A program made the position numbers and the translations under genes. From Hemiscyllium ocellatum (lineage: Eukaryota): a stretch of DNA of 64,000 bases. This document shows positions 1-11,844 of the stretch, piece after piece (the first letter of the stretch is position 1; each line of letters opens with the position of its first letter). The notes below the pieces were generated by a model that saw nothing but the letters and a program-made list of their open reading frames with translations, was not told the DNA's origin and ran no database searches. The stretch covers positions 39,370,001-39,434,000 of the forward strand of contig NC_083420.1 in NCBI RefSeq assembly GCF_020745735.1, given 5' to 3'.

Positions 1-479
1 GGAATGTATTGCCTCAAAAGGATAATGCTGGCAGATTCAATAATAGCTTTCAAAAAGAAACTGGTTAAACATTTCTAAAGAAAATAAATTGAAGGCTTAT
101 GGGGAAGACAGAAGGATTGGAATGAACTGGACTGGATAGCTTTTTCAAACAGTTGGTACTGGTACAATCGGCAAAATGGCTTTCCTCTGTGCTGTTGGAT
201 CTTACAATCTGAGCTGGGCAGTGCAATTTGGCTGAGCACACGAGGAAGAAAAAAATCAGTTAGATGCACAGATTTGATCACTGTGAAAGATCACCACTGG
301 AACAAATGCGTGTGTCTCGTTCAGGATACAACTGGACCTGCCTGTCATGTCCTCTTTTGTCTTACAGAACGCCTATGCTCACCATTCTAGGCTTGAACAA
401 TATGGCTCCAGTTGAACCCCACTGAGAGTGATCACCTTTGTCATCAGCATGAAGGGAAAATAAATAGCACAGGAATTAC

Positions 480-631
480 CTCTTTGCTCCTTCTTCAATG
501 GTTTCTCCAGGCTGCACTTTGCCTCCAAAACCATTCCAGCGATTGGCCCCAAAACCTCGTTTCTTCCATCCCAGGAGGATCTTTTGTTGTCTCACAACAA
601 TCACAAGAGTCAACAGCTTTGTAGTGACCAT
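480..631 (-). CDS. NUDT1: NUDT1/MTH1 8-oxo-dGTPase, first coding exon (rest of gene lies left of the window)
   Basis: Manual translation [51 protein letters not shown] matches the MTH1 N-terminus and the start of the Nudix box. ATG at 631-629, donor AG|GTAATT after 480 (phase 2), acceptor ttcttcccaaccAG placing the exon start at about 667. Confidence 0.95.
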
Positions 632-1659
632 CTTTTTGCAATACTAGCTTCTCAATAGCTGTCAGCTCTGGTTGGGAAGAAATTGGTGTAAAACAGCTTT
701 GAAATAGCATTCAGTCAATTGCAATTGAAGCACAGTAAAATATCCCAAGATGCTTCACAGGAACACAAAACAAAAAACACAGTCATCAATTCATATAGCG
801 AGATTTTAGGGCAGGTGTCCAAAAATGAGGCCAACACTTCTATTTCTAAGCAACATCTTAAAAGGTGGGAGCAGAGATTTATAAATGAAATTTGAGAGTT
901 TGGGGCCAAGATAGCAGAAAGAATGGCCATAAAGGGAATTGGGTACGTACAATAGGCCAGAGTTCAAGGCAAAGATAGGGTGAAAATGAGGCTTTGAAGC
1001 AATTATCAACTCCAATAGGGTGATTCCATCAAGTCACAAGCAAAAAAAGTCCTTCGCTGCTGCTGCTGCTCAGAAGGCAACAAAATTTGCCAGAAGCATG
1101 TTAAGAAAGAATCCACATTGATGTGCAGTAGTGCCTTTTACGTCTTTTGGACATCCCAAAGTAGTTTTTCAAGTACATGCAAGTTCTAATGTAATCTTAT
1201 CGCTGGAATTGAATCGAATTTATTGTCACGTGTGCCGAGGCACGTGAAAAACGTTGGACAGGTGCATGAACCGGAAAATTTTACAGGGATAGGGGCCGTA
1301 CGCAGGCAAACGGGACTAGTTTAGGATGGGCACATGGACTGGTTGGACCGAAGGGTCTGTTTCCAGGTTGTATGGTTCTGTAAGTGCGCTTTCCTAAGTT
1401 CAGGAGCATCAGGCGACAATTAAAGATGGTTAATTAAAATTAAATTTACACGGACAGAAAAGCAGAGTCAACGGTTTACACTCCAAGAAGGGTATCGGAC
1501 TCGAATCGTTAACTCTCTTCACAGATGTTGCCAGACCCACTGAGTTTCTCCAGCACTCTGGATTTTTGTCTGTGATTTCCAGCCCCCCCGCAGTTCTTCA
1601 TGTGATTATGGAAACAATGTATCCATCCTGGTGTTGGGTGAATGAAAGAGTTGTGATCC

Positions 1660-2030
1660 TGGGACGGGTACCTGGTTGACTGACTCCTCTCCGCCCGCAG
1701 GCTGCACTGCTGTCTGCTTTGACACAGGGTCAAACTCCCAACGATTAGAATCGATTCAGAGCTCGCCAATAGATACCACACGAGGTGAGTTACACCCTAC
1801 AGCCACCGGCTGGAAACATAATCTGAGAGCATTTTTACACATCATTTTATTTATGAAACCAAACTACTTTAAAGCAGGATGATTGCATTTGTTTTGATGT
1901 TTATATATTTGTTCTGTTATACTTTGTTAATGCCGTGACGATTGGCGGATGTGTTTTATTTTCTACAGTCCATCTTGGTTGGAAGTGTGTAGGAGTTATG
2001 GGGGACAGTGTTAGTTGTGACTCGCGGAGA
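1660..2030. promoter_or_regulatory. Putative bidirectional NUDT1/MRM2 promoter
   Basis: Lies between the divergent NUDT1 and MRM2 coding exons and is locally CpG-enriched. GC box ccgccc at about 1691, CCAAT at 1766, ATTGG at 1941, ETS-like GGAAGT at 1981. Candidate 5'UTR donors: minus strand CAG|GTACCC at 1671, plus strand GAG|GTGAGT at 1785. Confidence 0.6.
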
Positions 2031-2070
2031 TGGAAGCTCGGCGTTGGTTGCTTTCACCCCATGTCGCTCG
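2030..2070 (+). CDS. MRM2: MRM2 coding exon 1 (putative start of the mitochondrial targeting peptide)
   Basis: ATG GAA GCT CGG ... GCT CG|GTAAAG encodes MEARRWLLSPHVA(R). The phase-2 donor fits the phase-2 acceptor at 3471, and the Arg-rich peptide is presequence-like. An alternative start is the ATG at 3484. Confidence 0.7.
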
Positions 2071-2520
2071 GTAAAGGCTCTGTTTGTGTTTTAAAGTGCT
2101 TCTCCTTATCGAACATTTGCGGAGATGACCCTGTTACTTCTCTGAAGTGTCGCCACAATTTGTATTTATGTAGCGCCTCTGACATAGTCACCCCTTCCCC
2201 CCGCCACCCTTAATTGGAATATAATCAAACAGAATTTGACACCGAACCACGTAGAAAGATGTTCAGTCAGAAAACTGAATGCCAAACGGAATAATTTAGC
2301 TTTAGGGGATCATTAAAGGGGGTGGTTAGATTCCAGAGATTGTGACTCCGGCAGCCAGCGATGGAGCGAATATAATCGGGGATGGAGAAGACCAAAGTTA
2401 GAGGAGTGTTGTGAAATCACAAGGTTGCATGGTGAGAGGAGATTATACAAAGTGTTTTTCCACACAGCCAGTTGCTATCTGAATCCATTCGCTCATGCCA
2501 TAGTTAAGATTAGTTTTTTT

Positions 2521-2826
2521 TAAGATTAGATAAGTTTACTTACAGCGTGGAAACAGGCCCTTGGCCCAACAAGTCCACACCAACCCGCTGCAGCGCAACC
2601 CACCCACACCCATTCCCCTACACCTAACACTACGTTAGCATGGCCAATTCACCCTTACCTGCACATCTTTGGACTGTGGGAGGAAACCGGAGCACCCGGA
2701 GGAAACCCACGCAGACACGGGGAGAATGTGCAAACTCCACACAGTCAGTCGCCTGAGGCGGGAACTGAACCCAGGTCGCTGGCGCTGTGTGGCAGCAGTG
2801 CTAACCACTGTGCCACCATGCCGCCC
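2521..2826 (-). mobile_element. HE1-like V-SINE (tRNA-derived)
   Basis: tRNA-like head with A and B boxes (TGGCACAGTGG...GGTTCAGTTCC), V-domain TGTGTGGAGTTTGCACATTCTCCCCGTGTCTGCGTGGGTTTCCTCCGGGTGCTCCGGTTTCC, CR1-like 3' tail with TCTAA repeats. Confidence 0.88.
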
Positions 2827-3447
2827 AGTTAACCTACAAGTTTGCTTCTTCTTGCTGTTCAGCCACATTCCATTTCATATTCGACAGTCTATAATTCAAT
2901 CAATGCTCTATTGTTCGCAACCCTTCACTGGATTCTGTGAAGCCAACATTTCAGATCTGCTGACCTTTCCTCAGAACCATTCTGAGTTCTGTGTCACATT
3001 AATGCTTATTGGTGCAGTGTAACTGGAGTGGACTGAGGAAACCTATTTCCACTAACAGAGATGTCAATTAGCAAGGAACACAGATTGGCAGAAGGATTAG
3101 AAGGGATTTGAGAAAAATGTTTTTCAATTAGAGGATGTCGAGTGTCTGGAATTTACTGCCCATTTCAGTGGTTGAGGTAAAAATCTTTAGCTCATTTAAA
3201 AAGAACTTGGAACTGTGTCTGGAGTGTTATAACCTGTAAAGCTACCATCTAGATGCTGGCACAAACACAATGGGCTGAATGGCCTCTTTCAGTGCTTTGG
3301 CTTTTCTATGGTTCTGTGTTGAGTATTTTACAAATGCATGTTGCTGTTGTTCATAATCCTCCACTCAACATCTCACTTGACCTATTGCTGAATGATGAAA
3401 GGCAGAGGAGAGATGACAGAATTAGGAAGAGAAATGACAATTGTTAA

Positions 3448-3762
<315 letters not shown>

Positions 3763-4996
3763 TGAGATTATACAACACAAGTTATCAAATCTGCAATGGG
3801 AATGAAGTCTTAGGGTTGCACCAAGTGACCAAATTCTTAACCTTAGACTTGCCGTAAATATTTTTAGCACACTGTATTTTAGTTTGAATTAATTTGTTGA
3901 GTTATTTTCATAATATGTCTGTTATTTTTTTTTGCAGTGATGAGTAGCTGTCAGTACCATTTGGAGCGTTGGACAAGGGGATTTGTCAGCTTTTTTACAG
4001 GTGCCCTTGTAATGTCTAAGTATCTGCTGGGATTTGCCAGGAGTGTGTCAGTATTAGCAATGGTTTTCATGGAGTGTGCCAGTATTTCTGGTGGATCTCA
4101 GCAGTACTTTGATGCAGCAGGGGCTTCCCAGGGGTGTGGTGTGCTTTGAAGGATCCTCAAGACTATGTCAGTATTTACAGGGTGCTCTGGAGTATTTTAT
4201 GAGCTCGGGAATTTCCAAATGCCTTCCAATTAATGAGTAGTCCCTGTTGTGATATAGGAAACTTGGTCAATCTGCACATAACAATACGTCAGATGATAAT
4301 GATTGGATAATCTGTTTCTCAAGATTTTAGTTGAGGATTTGATGAAGATGTCAGGGAGAACTACTTTGCTCTTCATTGGACAGTAGCATAGGATCTTTTA
4401 CAGTCATCTGAGAGAGCGAATGTGGTCTGGGGTTTAATGCCTTAATTATTAACATGGCACCTCCAACTTTGCAAGTAGAGGATCGGCCGTAATTTAAAAA
4501 AAGAAAAGCCCTACCGATTGCTATTTTGCAATAAAGATACTTTGTTGTTCAAAAGCATCTTTGTTTCGCATTTTTTAAAAAGACTGAATACTTCTCCTTG
4601 CAGTTGATTTATAATATGTGCTGGAGTGTCAGTGTAGTTTTTTGCTTCAGTTTCTTGACTGTCAGTTTAATTTTAGATGTGTTTGCTACCTCTATTTAAC
4701 TCCATGTTCCATTCAAGAATGTCACTTAGTCAAAGTACCAGCTTGTAGATTTCTCACACTTTTTATATCCTTGAGAAGAAAGTTAAAATTAAAGAAACTA
4801 ATCACTACAAATGGGTAAATGTGTTTAGAAATGTGCCCCTTCTTAACTAAGGTTGATTTACATAAAGGAAGTTATTAAATATTGAGGAGGGATTGAGATC
4901 AACAGGCCATGGAGCCAGTTTCAAAACACAAAATGCCTGTCTTTGTTTTCTCTGTTTTGTTGGTGCCATTCATTCCCTTTTTCCCTTTTTCCATAG

Positions 4997-5421
4997 ATCC
5001 AGATGCTCCTGTGGGATTTGTAGTGGGCGTTGATCTATTACACATACCTCCTCTGGATGGTGCTGTGTTCCTGCCTCACTCTGATCTCCTGGAGCCCACC
5101 ATTCAAGCGAGGATCCAGGAATCCCTGCCAACAGGAATGGCTCAGGTGATCCTCAGCGATATGGCACCAAATGCCAGTGGGATCCGTGAACTGGACCAGC
5201 AGCGACTGGCTGAGCTGTGCTTATGTGTTGTTGGACTGGCCAGGAAGGTCTTGAGTCCTGGTGGCACCTTGCTGTGTAAATTCTGGGATGGCACTAATAG
5301 CCGTATCATCCAAAAGCGACTTGCTGAATTGTTTAGAGATGTGAAGACTTTAAAGCCTGCTGCAAGCAGGAAGGAGTCATCAGAGATCTACTTTTTAGCA
5401 AAGCACTACAGGACAAGCTGA
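4997..5421 (+). CDS. MRM2: MRM2 exon 3 (to stop)
   Basis: DPDAPVGFVVGVDLL...ILSDMAPNASG...LLCKFW...KPAASRKESSEIYFLA; the K-D-K-E catalytic tetrad is intact across exons 2-3. Polypyrimidine acceptor ccatAG at 4995-4996. Spliced CDS 41+287+425 = 753 nt (250 aa plus stop). Confidence 0.97.
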
Positions 5422-5570
5422 TGTTTCAGAGTGACTGCTTATGCACAAGAAGTGTCAACGGCAGTGTAACAATTTTTGAGACAGTTTGTTGTTACTTACA
5501 TTTTCTCCCTATCCTATCAAATTTTGCCCCTTATGTTGAGGCTGACAGTCCACCACTTAGTTAGAAAGAA

Positions 5571-5576
5571 AATAAA
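5571..5576 (+). promoter_or_regulatory. Candidate MRM2 polyadenylation signal
   Basis: First AATAAA, 150 nt after the MRM2 stop, followed by GT/T-rich sequence. Confidence 0.55.
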
Positions 5577-6244
5577 TGTTTCTGTATATGGTCTTTTATA
5601 ACCACAACTTTTGTGATTTGTAGCAATGTAGTACTTCTGAAGTGTCATAATTGTTGTAATGTCAAAAATATGGCAGCAAATTTGCACAGAGCAAATTCCT
5701 ACAAAAAGCCATATGACAATGAGAAGACAATCTGCTTTTTTGATAAAAGCTGCAAGTTCTGGAGAAACCCAGGAGGTCTAGCAGCATCTATGGGGAGAAA
5801 AAAATTAATGTTAACATTTGGAGTCCAGTTTGACTTTACTATGATAAGTGTCATCATTGGATTGAAAACATTAACTCTATTTCTCTCTGCCAGACTGGCT
5901 GAGTTTTTTCAGCAGTGTACTCAGGTGCATGTTAGGAGTCAGCCCTGTCTCGGTAGGTTGCATTCTTACCTCTGAACTAGAAGGTCATAGATTCACCTCC
6001 CACTCTAAAAATGAGAACACAGTGTAAGTTGATACTCCCATCTCCTGTACTATTGAAGGTGCCACCTTTTTGTTAGCCATGGAAGTAATACCCTATCTGT
6101 CCACTTAGGAGGATGTAAAAAAAATTTGGGATTTTTTCAAAAAGGAATGTATAGGGTCCTGGCTAATATTTATTTCTTGAACAACACCCCAAAACAGATT
6201 TGCATTATTGTTCATAGGACCTCAGTGTACAATTTTCTTTTCAT

Positions 6245-6570
6245 CTATGGGATGAGTTGTCACTGACTAAGCCATCATTTATTACCCATCCCTATTCACA
6301 AGTCAACCACATTGGTGAGGGTCTGGAAACACAATAGGCTAGACCAGATATGTATGGCAAATTCCTTTCCTTCAAGGCATTAGTGAACCAGATTTTTGTT
6401 TTCCTCCTGACAATTGTTTCATTGTCATCGTTAAACTCTTAATACCCGATTTTCATTGAATTTAAATTCCACCATCTGCTATAATGGGATTTGAACCTGG
6501 GTTCCCAGGTCATTACTTGGGTTTCTGTATCAACAGTCCAACGATTAAACCACTAGGCTGTCACCTCCCC
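6245..6570 (-). mobile_element. Second tRNA-derived SINE family
   Basis: Minus-strand head gggaggtgacagcctagtgg...ccaggttcaaatccc with A and B boxes, and a LINE-like 3' end. Confidence 0.6.
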
Positions 6571-7499
6571 AAATGACAAATCTACTGTATTCTTTCCTGT
6601 ATTAAAAATACAGAACTATTTTGTAGACTATAAAAAGCTTTATTACTCTTCAAAGTTGTTAGATGTATTTATACTGCATCTTTTTAATGCTATATGTATT
6701 AATTTTTTTATTATTTATGTGAACTTAAACCTTTTCTTGTACAGCTATGGAAACTGAATATATGTAATTCAATTGTGTAACCCTGATTGTATATTACTTT
6801 TGGATGGTACAAAAATCAGATACAATTTTAAAAAAAATGCTTTTTTTTAATGTTTGAAATTTCTGTAATCCATCTAAAGCATCACTTTGTTTTCAAAATC
6901 TGAATCACAATATATTCTAATGCTGAATCATGTACCTATACACAATTATAGAATATATAGGAAATATATCTTTTCTAAAAATATAGTGACAAGCGTAGCT
7001 TTTTGCATTTCATCAGTCAAGTAAAGCCCAATGTCTGTCAAAGGAGTAGATGTCCTCAACATCATCCAGAACAAAGCAGCCCAACTTGATCAGCATCCCA
7101 TCCACTATTTAAATGTTCACTCCCCCATTAGTCATGAACAGTGCCTGTGGTATGTACCATATGCAACTGCATGATAGTAGCTTTGACAACATCTTTCAAA
7201 TCTGAGACCAGTACTATCTGGAAGGCCAAGGGCAGCTGAAGCATGGGAGCACAGCTACCTGCGAGTACCCTCCTATCCAAATATCATTCTGACTTGGAAC
7301 TATATCTCCATTCCTTCACTGCTGCTGGGTTTAAAAAAAACTCCTTTCCTAACTGCATTGTGTATATACCTTCAGTGTAAAACTGTAGTGCTGTAACCAG
7401 ATGGCTCACCAGCACCTCCTTGAGCGCAATTGAGGATGAGCAGCTGTTACTTGCCTGTGAAACTCATATCCATAAATGCATATAATTAGGCTATAGTTG

Positions 7500-8135
7500 T
7501 ATAAATCTCTGCTAAAGCTACAGCTGGAACATTGTTTTCTGTTCTGGACACTGCAGATATATACAATGCAGACTCACCAAGATGACACATGAGTTAAATG
7601 TCTCAGTTATGTTTGTATTCTGTACTGAAGAAAATTAAGAGACTAGAATATTTGAGGTGTTCGAGGTAATTAAAAGATTTGAAAGGATTTGAGCTGTAGG
7701 GTGAGGCTGAATAGGCTGGGGCCGTTTTCTCTGGAGTGTCAGAAGCTGAGGGGTGACCTTATGGAGGTTTATAAAATCATGAGGGTCATGGTTAGGTTAA
7801 ATTGACAAGGTCTTTTCTCTGGGGTGGGGTAGTCCAGAACTGGAGGGCATAGGTTGTGTGTGAGAGGGTTAAAATTTAAAAGGGACCTCAGGGACAGTGC
7901 ATTATTTGTGCAGAGGGTGGTGTGTGTATGGAATGAGTTGCCAGAGGAAGTGGTGGAGACTGGTACAATTACAATATTTAAAAGACATCTGGATAGTTGT
8001 GTGAATAGGAAGGGTTTAGAAGGATATGGGCCAAGTGCTGGCAAATGGAACTGGATAAATTTTAGATATCTGGTCGGCATGGATAAATTGGACCAATGGG
8101 TCTGTTTCTGTGCTGTACATCTCTATGACTCTATA
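7500..8135 (+). mobile_element. CR1 3' fragments (nested)
   Basis: QRVVCVWNELPEEVVE motif and a ctctatgactctat tail. Confidence 0.8.
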
Positions 8136-8985
8136 AATGAAGAACAACAATTTTCTTGAAGAAGAGTACATAGCAAATTAGAGTTGACGTGTTCAAAGGT
8201 GAAGCCAGGAAGGACTTTTTCACACATTACAGAATGGAACATTCAAACATTTATTGATGGTGGGGGACAACTGGAAACTTAAAAACTGTTCTTGATTCAG
8301 TGTTTGTTTGACAGGTATATTAGATGGATAACTTAAATAGCTCAATGGAATTAAGTTATGAATTGTAATCTAATTTCATAGCAGAACGAACTTGAGGATT
8401 GAAATTTTGTTCCTTTGAGAATGGTCCAACATCATAAACACTTTAGTTAAGTTGAAAGAATAGTAAAGCAAGGATTGTTCAGCTTATGAAGAAATTGAGA
8501 GGAGTTTTTTTTAAAGATGTTCACAATCATTAAAGACCTAGACAGATAGGGAGAAATGTTTACCATTGGAACTGTCATGAACAAGACTTAAGATAATCAA
8601 CAAAAGAAGCAACAGTGACATGAACATAAAACGTTTTACACAATGAGTGGTTAGGATCTGGAATGCACTAACTACAAGTGTTGGATTGTGACTTCAAAAG
8701 GGGAATTGGATAATTGAGAAATAATTTCCAGGGGTATGGGAGAAAGCAGAGCAGCAACCTTACTTAGCGGCTATTAAGGACAGCTGAATGGATAGTGATC
8801 TGAATACCCTTCTGAGCTGTACTATTCTATGTTAGAGACAAAACATGGAATTTGCTTCTACAAGGAATTGAGACGACTACCATATACACACAGGGGTAAA
8901 ATAAATAGACTCTTGTCCAGATGTAGTTGGTTGAGAGGAATAGGTGGAGGCTGATCTGGTAGCAACACCGCCAAACTATTGGGTG

Positions 8986-9254
8986 CAAAAATAGAAATTG
9001 CTGGAGAAACTCAGCAGTTCTGACAGTATCTGTAAAAAGAATCAGAAACAAAAGTAGAAATTGCTGGAAAATCTCAGCAGGTCTAAAGGGCATCTGTAGA
9101 GTGAGAAACAGATACAAAAATAGAAATTGCTGGAGAAACTCAGCAGGTCTAAGAGCATCTGTAGAGTGAGAAACAGAAACAAAAATAGAAATTGCTGGAG
9201 AAACTCAGCAGGTCTAAGAGCATCTGTGGAGAGTAGAGAAAAAGCTAATACGTT
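8986..9254 (+). repeat. Tandem array of four ~65-bp units derived from the Penelope-type short element
   Basis: Units start at 8986, 9049, 9115 and 9180 (caaaaatagaaattgctggagaaactcagcagg...). Confidence 0.9.
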
Positions 9255-9720
9255 GAGGTGGCCCGGGGTGGGGAGAGTGCGCTTCTCTTACGAGGATAAC
9301 GGTAAGAGTTCGGCCCCGCCTTTTCCAACGGCTGGAGGCCTCGCGAGATCCGGGGAGAGGAGGGAGATCCAAGCGGAGAGCGGCTGCCTTCCCAGGCGAA
9401 CAGCCGGTAGGTCAGCACCATAGGCCGGGGCGGGTGTTTTGACAGTTCCAGGCCGCAACCCCGTGAATAAAGCTGCGGGCCGGGTATTTCCGTTAATACA
9501 CTTCCAAATTGACCCCCCCCCATCTCCCCGGTAATATAATTCCAGGCCGGGGTTTCCCCTGCGTGCAGCTCCGGGCTGGGGCTTCAGCCGTTATTTTAGT
9601 TTCGGATAGATCTCCGGTGGCGGGCTCCCCGGAGGATATTCACATCCAGTTGGTGCCTCCGGCTGGTCGGGTGTCCCCCTCGAGTGCTCTTACCCCCTGT
9701 CTCTCGGGCATTGCACCTGT
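9250..9720 (+). promoter_or_regulatory. MAD1L1: CpG island; putative MAD1L1 promoter and non-coding first exon
   Basis: The most GC- and CpG-rich stretch of the window, about 4.5 kb upstream of the MAD1L1 ATG exon. GC boxes at about 9312 and 9427, TCGCGAGA at 9341, donors ACG|GTAAGA (9302) and CCG|GTAGGT (9407). Confidence 0.7.
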
Positions 9721-10149
9721 TTCTGCAGGAAAGTGTTGAATAAAAGCTTAACATCCTCCAATAATGCGAGTCTAAGTAGCCGTGTGAGATGAAGGGGTAT
9801 TCCAAAGGTTTTCTTTGTCGCTTGGGAAACTATCTACTCAGAGAACAGAAAAATCACAGACTTGAGTCAGCTGTGCGCCGAGTTGTCTGATGTGAGAGTT
9901 AGAGGATGCCTGTTTTGTCTCGCATCTTTCTGAGTTGTGCCATGGTCCCTTGCTTCCGATGCCTAAATAGCAGCCTCTGCTGGACATGTGCGCTCTCCAA
10001 CATTGACAGAAGATGAACAGTACTGTACTTACAACTGAGAACCTTTCTGTGGTTGAATGGACTGCTAACGATGTGAAGAATGCCCCCTTGGAGGAAGTAC
10101 TGATAAATGACAGTACCTGTACAGTGCTACTTCGTGTGGACACTTAGCG

Positions 10150-10510
10150 TTTTACATGACCACTGGACGTCTCAAAGTGCCATATAACCAGTGAAGTATT
10201 GTAGTTGTCAGGTGGGAACACAGCAACCAGTCTGCACGCAGTAACCAATCTCAAACAACCTGATAGTGGTGCAGTTTTTGTGATTTGAGGGATTAACATT
10301 TACCAAGACCAGGGATAATGCCGGTGCTCCTCTTTGAAATTGTGTCATGGGGTTTTTCACATCAACCAGGCAGACAGATAGGGCCTTGGTTTAACATTTC
10401 AAGAAAGACGGGAAGTCAATATGAGTAAACCTCTATTGTTCTAGACTTTTCATTCAAGCCCTGAAGTCAGATGCCCAGAATCTTGTGACCAGAGGTGAGA
10501 ATGCTGCCAA
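10150..10510 (-). mobile_element. Degenerate DeuSINE (SacSINE-like); related copies at about 4240-4470, 5960-6230, 13140-13290, 33360-33690, 42910-43170 and 51730-51850
   Basis: Shared Deu-domain-like core (gtgtcatggggtttttcacatcaaccaggcagacagatagggccttggtttaaca...gaaagacgg) seen by eye in several copies. Boundaries are approximate. Confidence 0.6.
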
Positions 10511-10635
10511 GTGCATCACATAACTTTAGAAGAGCAACAGTACAAATAAAATTGGTAAATAAATGCCCATTTATGGTCTCCTGAGTAGGTGGGACCCTGT
10601 GACTAGTGGAATGCCACAGGGATCATTTGAGGTCA

Positions 10636-10638
<3 letters not shown>

Positions 10639-10670
<32 letters not shown>
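10639..10670. repeat. (TA)n microsatellite
   Basis: Read directly from the sequence. Confidence 0.95.
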
Positions 10671-10673
<3 letters not shown>

Positions 10674-11409
10674 GACTTGGATGACAAAAGTGATTTTGCA
10701 TTTGCCATGTTTCTCATGACACATAAATAGGTAAGGAGGCAAGTAATAAGGATAACAATCTGCAGAACAATAATCAGTTGAGTGAGTGGATGCAAAAATG
10801 TTAGGGTTAGACAAAATATAATAAAATATGAGGTCATGCAATTTGGCAGGAAGATGGAAGAGCTGAATATTTAAATAGAGAGCAATTGCAAAATGCTGCA
10901 GCACAGAGGGATTTGGGAATTCTTGTACTTGAATCCTAGCATCCATGATTTGCAAGTAACAGGGAAGGCAATGAAATCTTAGCTTTTATTTCAAAGGGAA
11001 TGAAATGCAATAATAGGAAAGTCTTGTTAAACTACAAAAGCCAATCCCAGAATACTCTTAACAATTTGGCCTTTTATATTAGAAAGATACAGTGGCATTG
11101 GAGGCAGTCCAGAGAAGAGTCACTAGGTTGATCCTGGGTTTGGAGGGATTTTCCTAGAAGAGATTGAGTAGTTTAGATTTGTATTCATTCTTAGGGGACT
11201 TGACAGAGTAGATGTGGAGAGGTGGTTTTTGTGGGAGATTCTAGGACCAGAGGGCATAATTTCAGAATAACGGATTGTCCATTTAAGATGGACTTGAGGA
11301 CCGTTTTCTTTGATGATTTATTACTGTGGAGGACTATCGAGGCAGAGTGATATAGTATACTTTAGGCTGTGATACGTTTTAATCACTAAGGGAATCAAAA
11401 GTTATGGAT

Positions 11410-11844
11410 TCTTATGGATGAGGCCAGACCACTCAAAACATTCTTAAGTAGGCAGCCCAGACCGTAACTTTGCAATTTATTTCAGTAAGTGTACAGTGAC
11501 AGTTACCCGGAGTAAGTTAGCTAGATTGACTACCAGTTTTTAAAACAGGCAAAAATTTATTCATAAAATTACAGAATGCAATAAAAGAACAGAATAAAGA
11601 ATACCCATAGACTACAGTCTATCCAAACTAGACTTAATTATGTTGTTCCAAAAAATATGTGCAACAGTCCCAATAAATAAACTCCAGAGCAAAAATGAAA
11701 CAAAAGGCTTACAGGTCGAAGTTAGAAGGGCAGAAGGGGAGAGAGAGTTTAGCAGCCTGTTTCCACACAGCTTCTGCTGCACTGACTCAAACAAGACTTC
11801 AGCTTTTAGGACTGACCACTCCCCTTTCGTCCAGCTTTGTGACA
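11410..11844 (-). mobile_element. Solo LTR (Gypsy/ERV type)
   Basis: T(c)TTATGGA...TGTGACA termini with a 4-bp TSD GGAT (11406-11409 and 11845-11848) splitting a CR1. The end is similar to that of the 50806-51380 LTR. Confidence 0.72.

Noticed and set aside
495-710. 71-aa minus-strand ORF from the track
   Set aside because: Wrong frame; the real NUDT1 frame is 631-480.
2635-3022. ORFs repeated at 2.7, 42 and 52 kb, or tRNA genes
   Set aside because: Chance frames through V-SINE copies; the heads are tRNA-derived but do not form complete tRNAs.
4909-4996. N-terminal part of the 170-aa ORF as coding sequence
   Set aside because: It is intron with a polypyrimidine tract; MRM2 homology begins at the acceptor at 4997.
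8986-9254. CRISPR-like array
   Set aside because: Eukaryotic context, no unique spacers and no cas genes; the units are whole tandem copies of a dispersed repeat.
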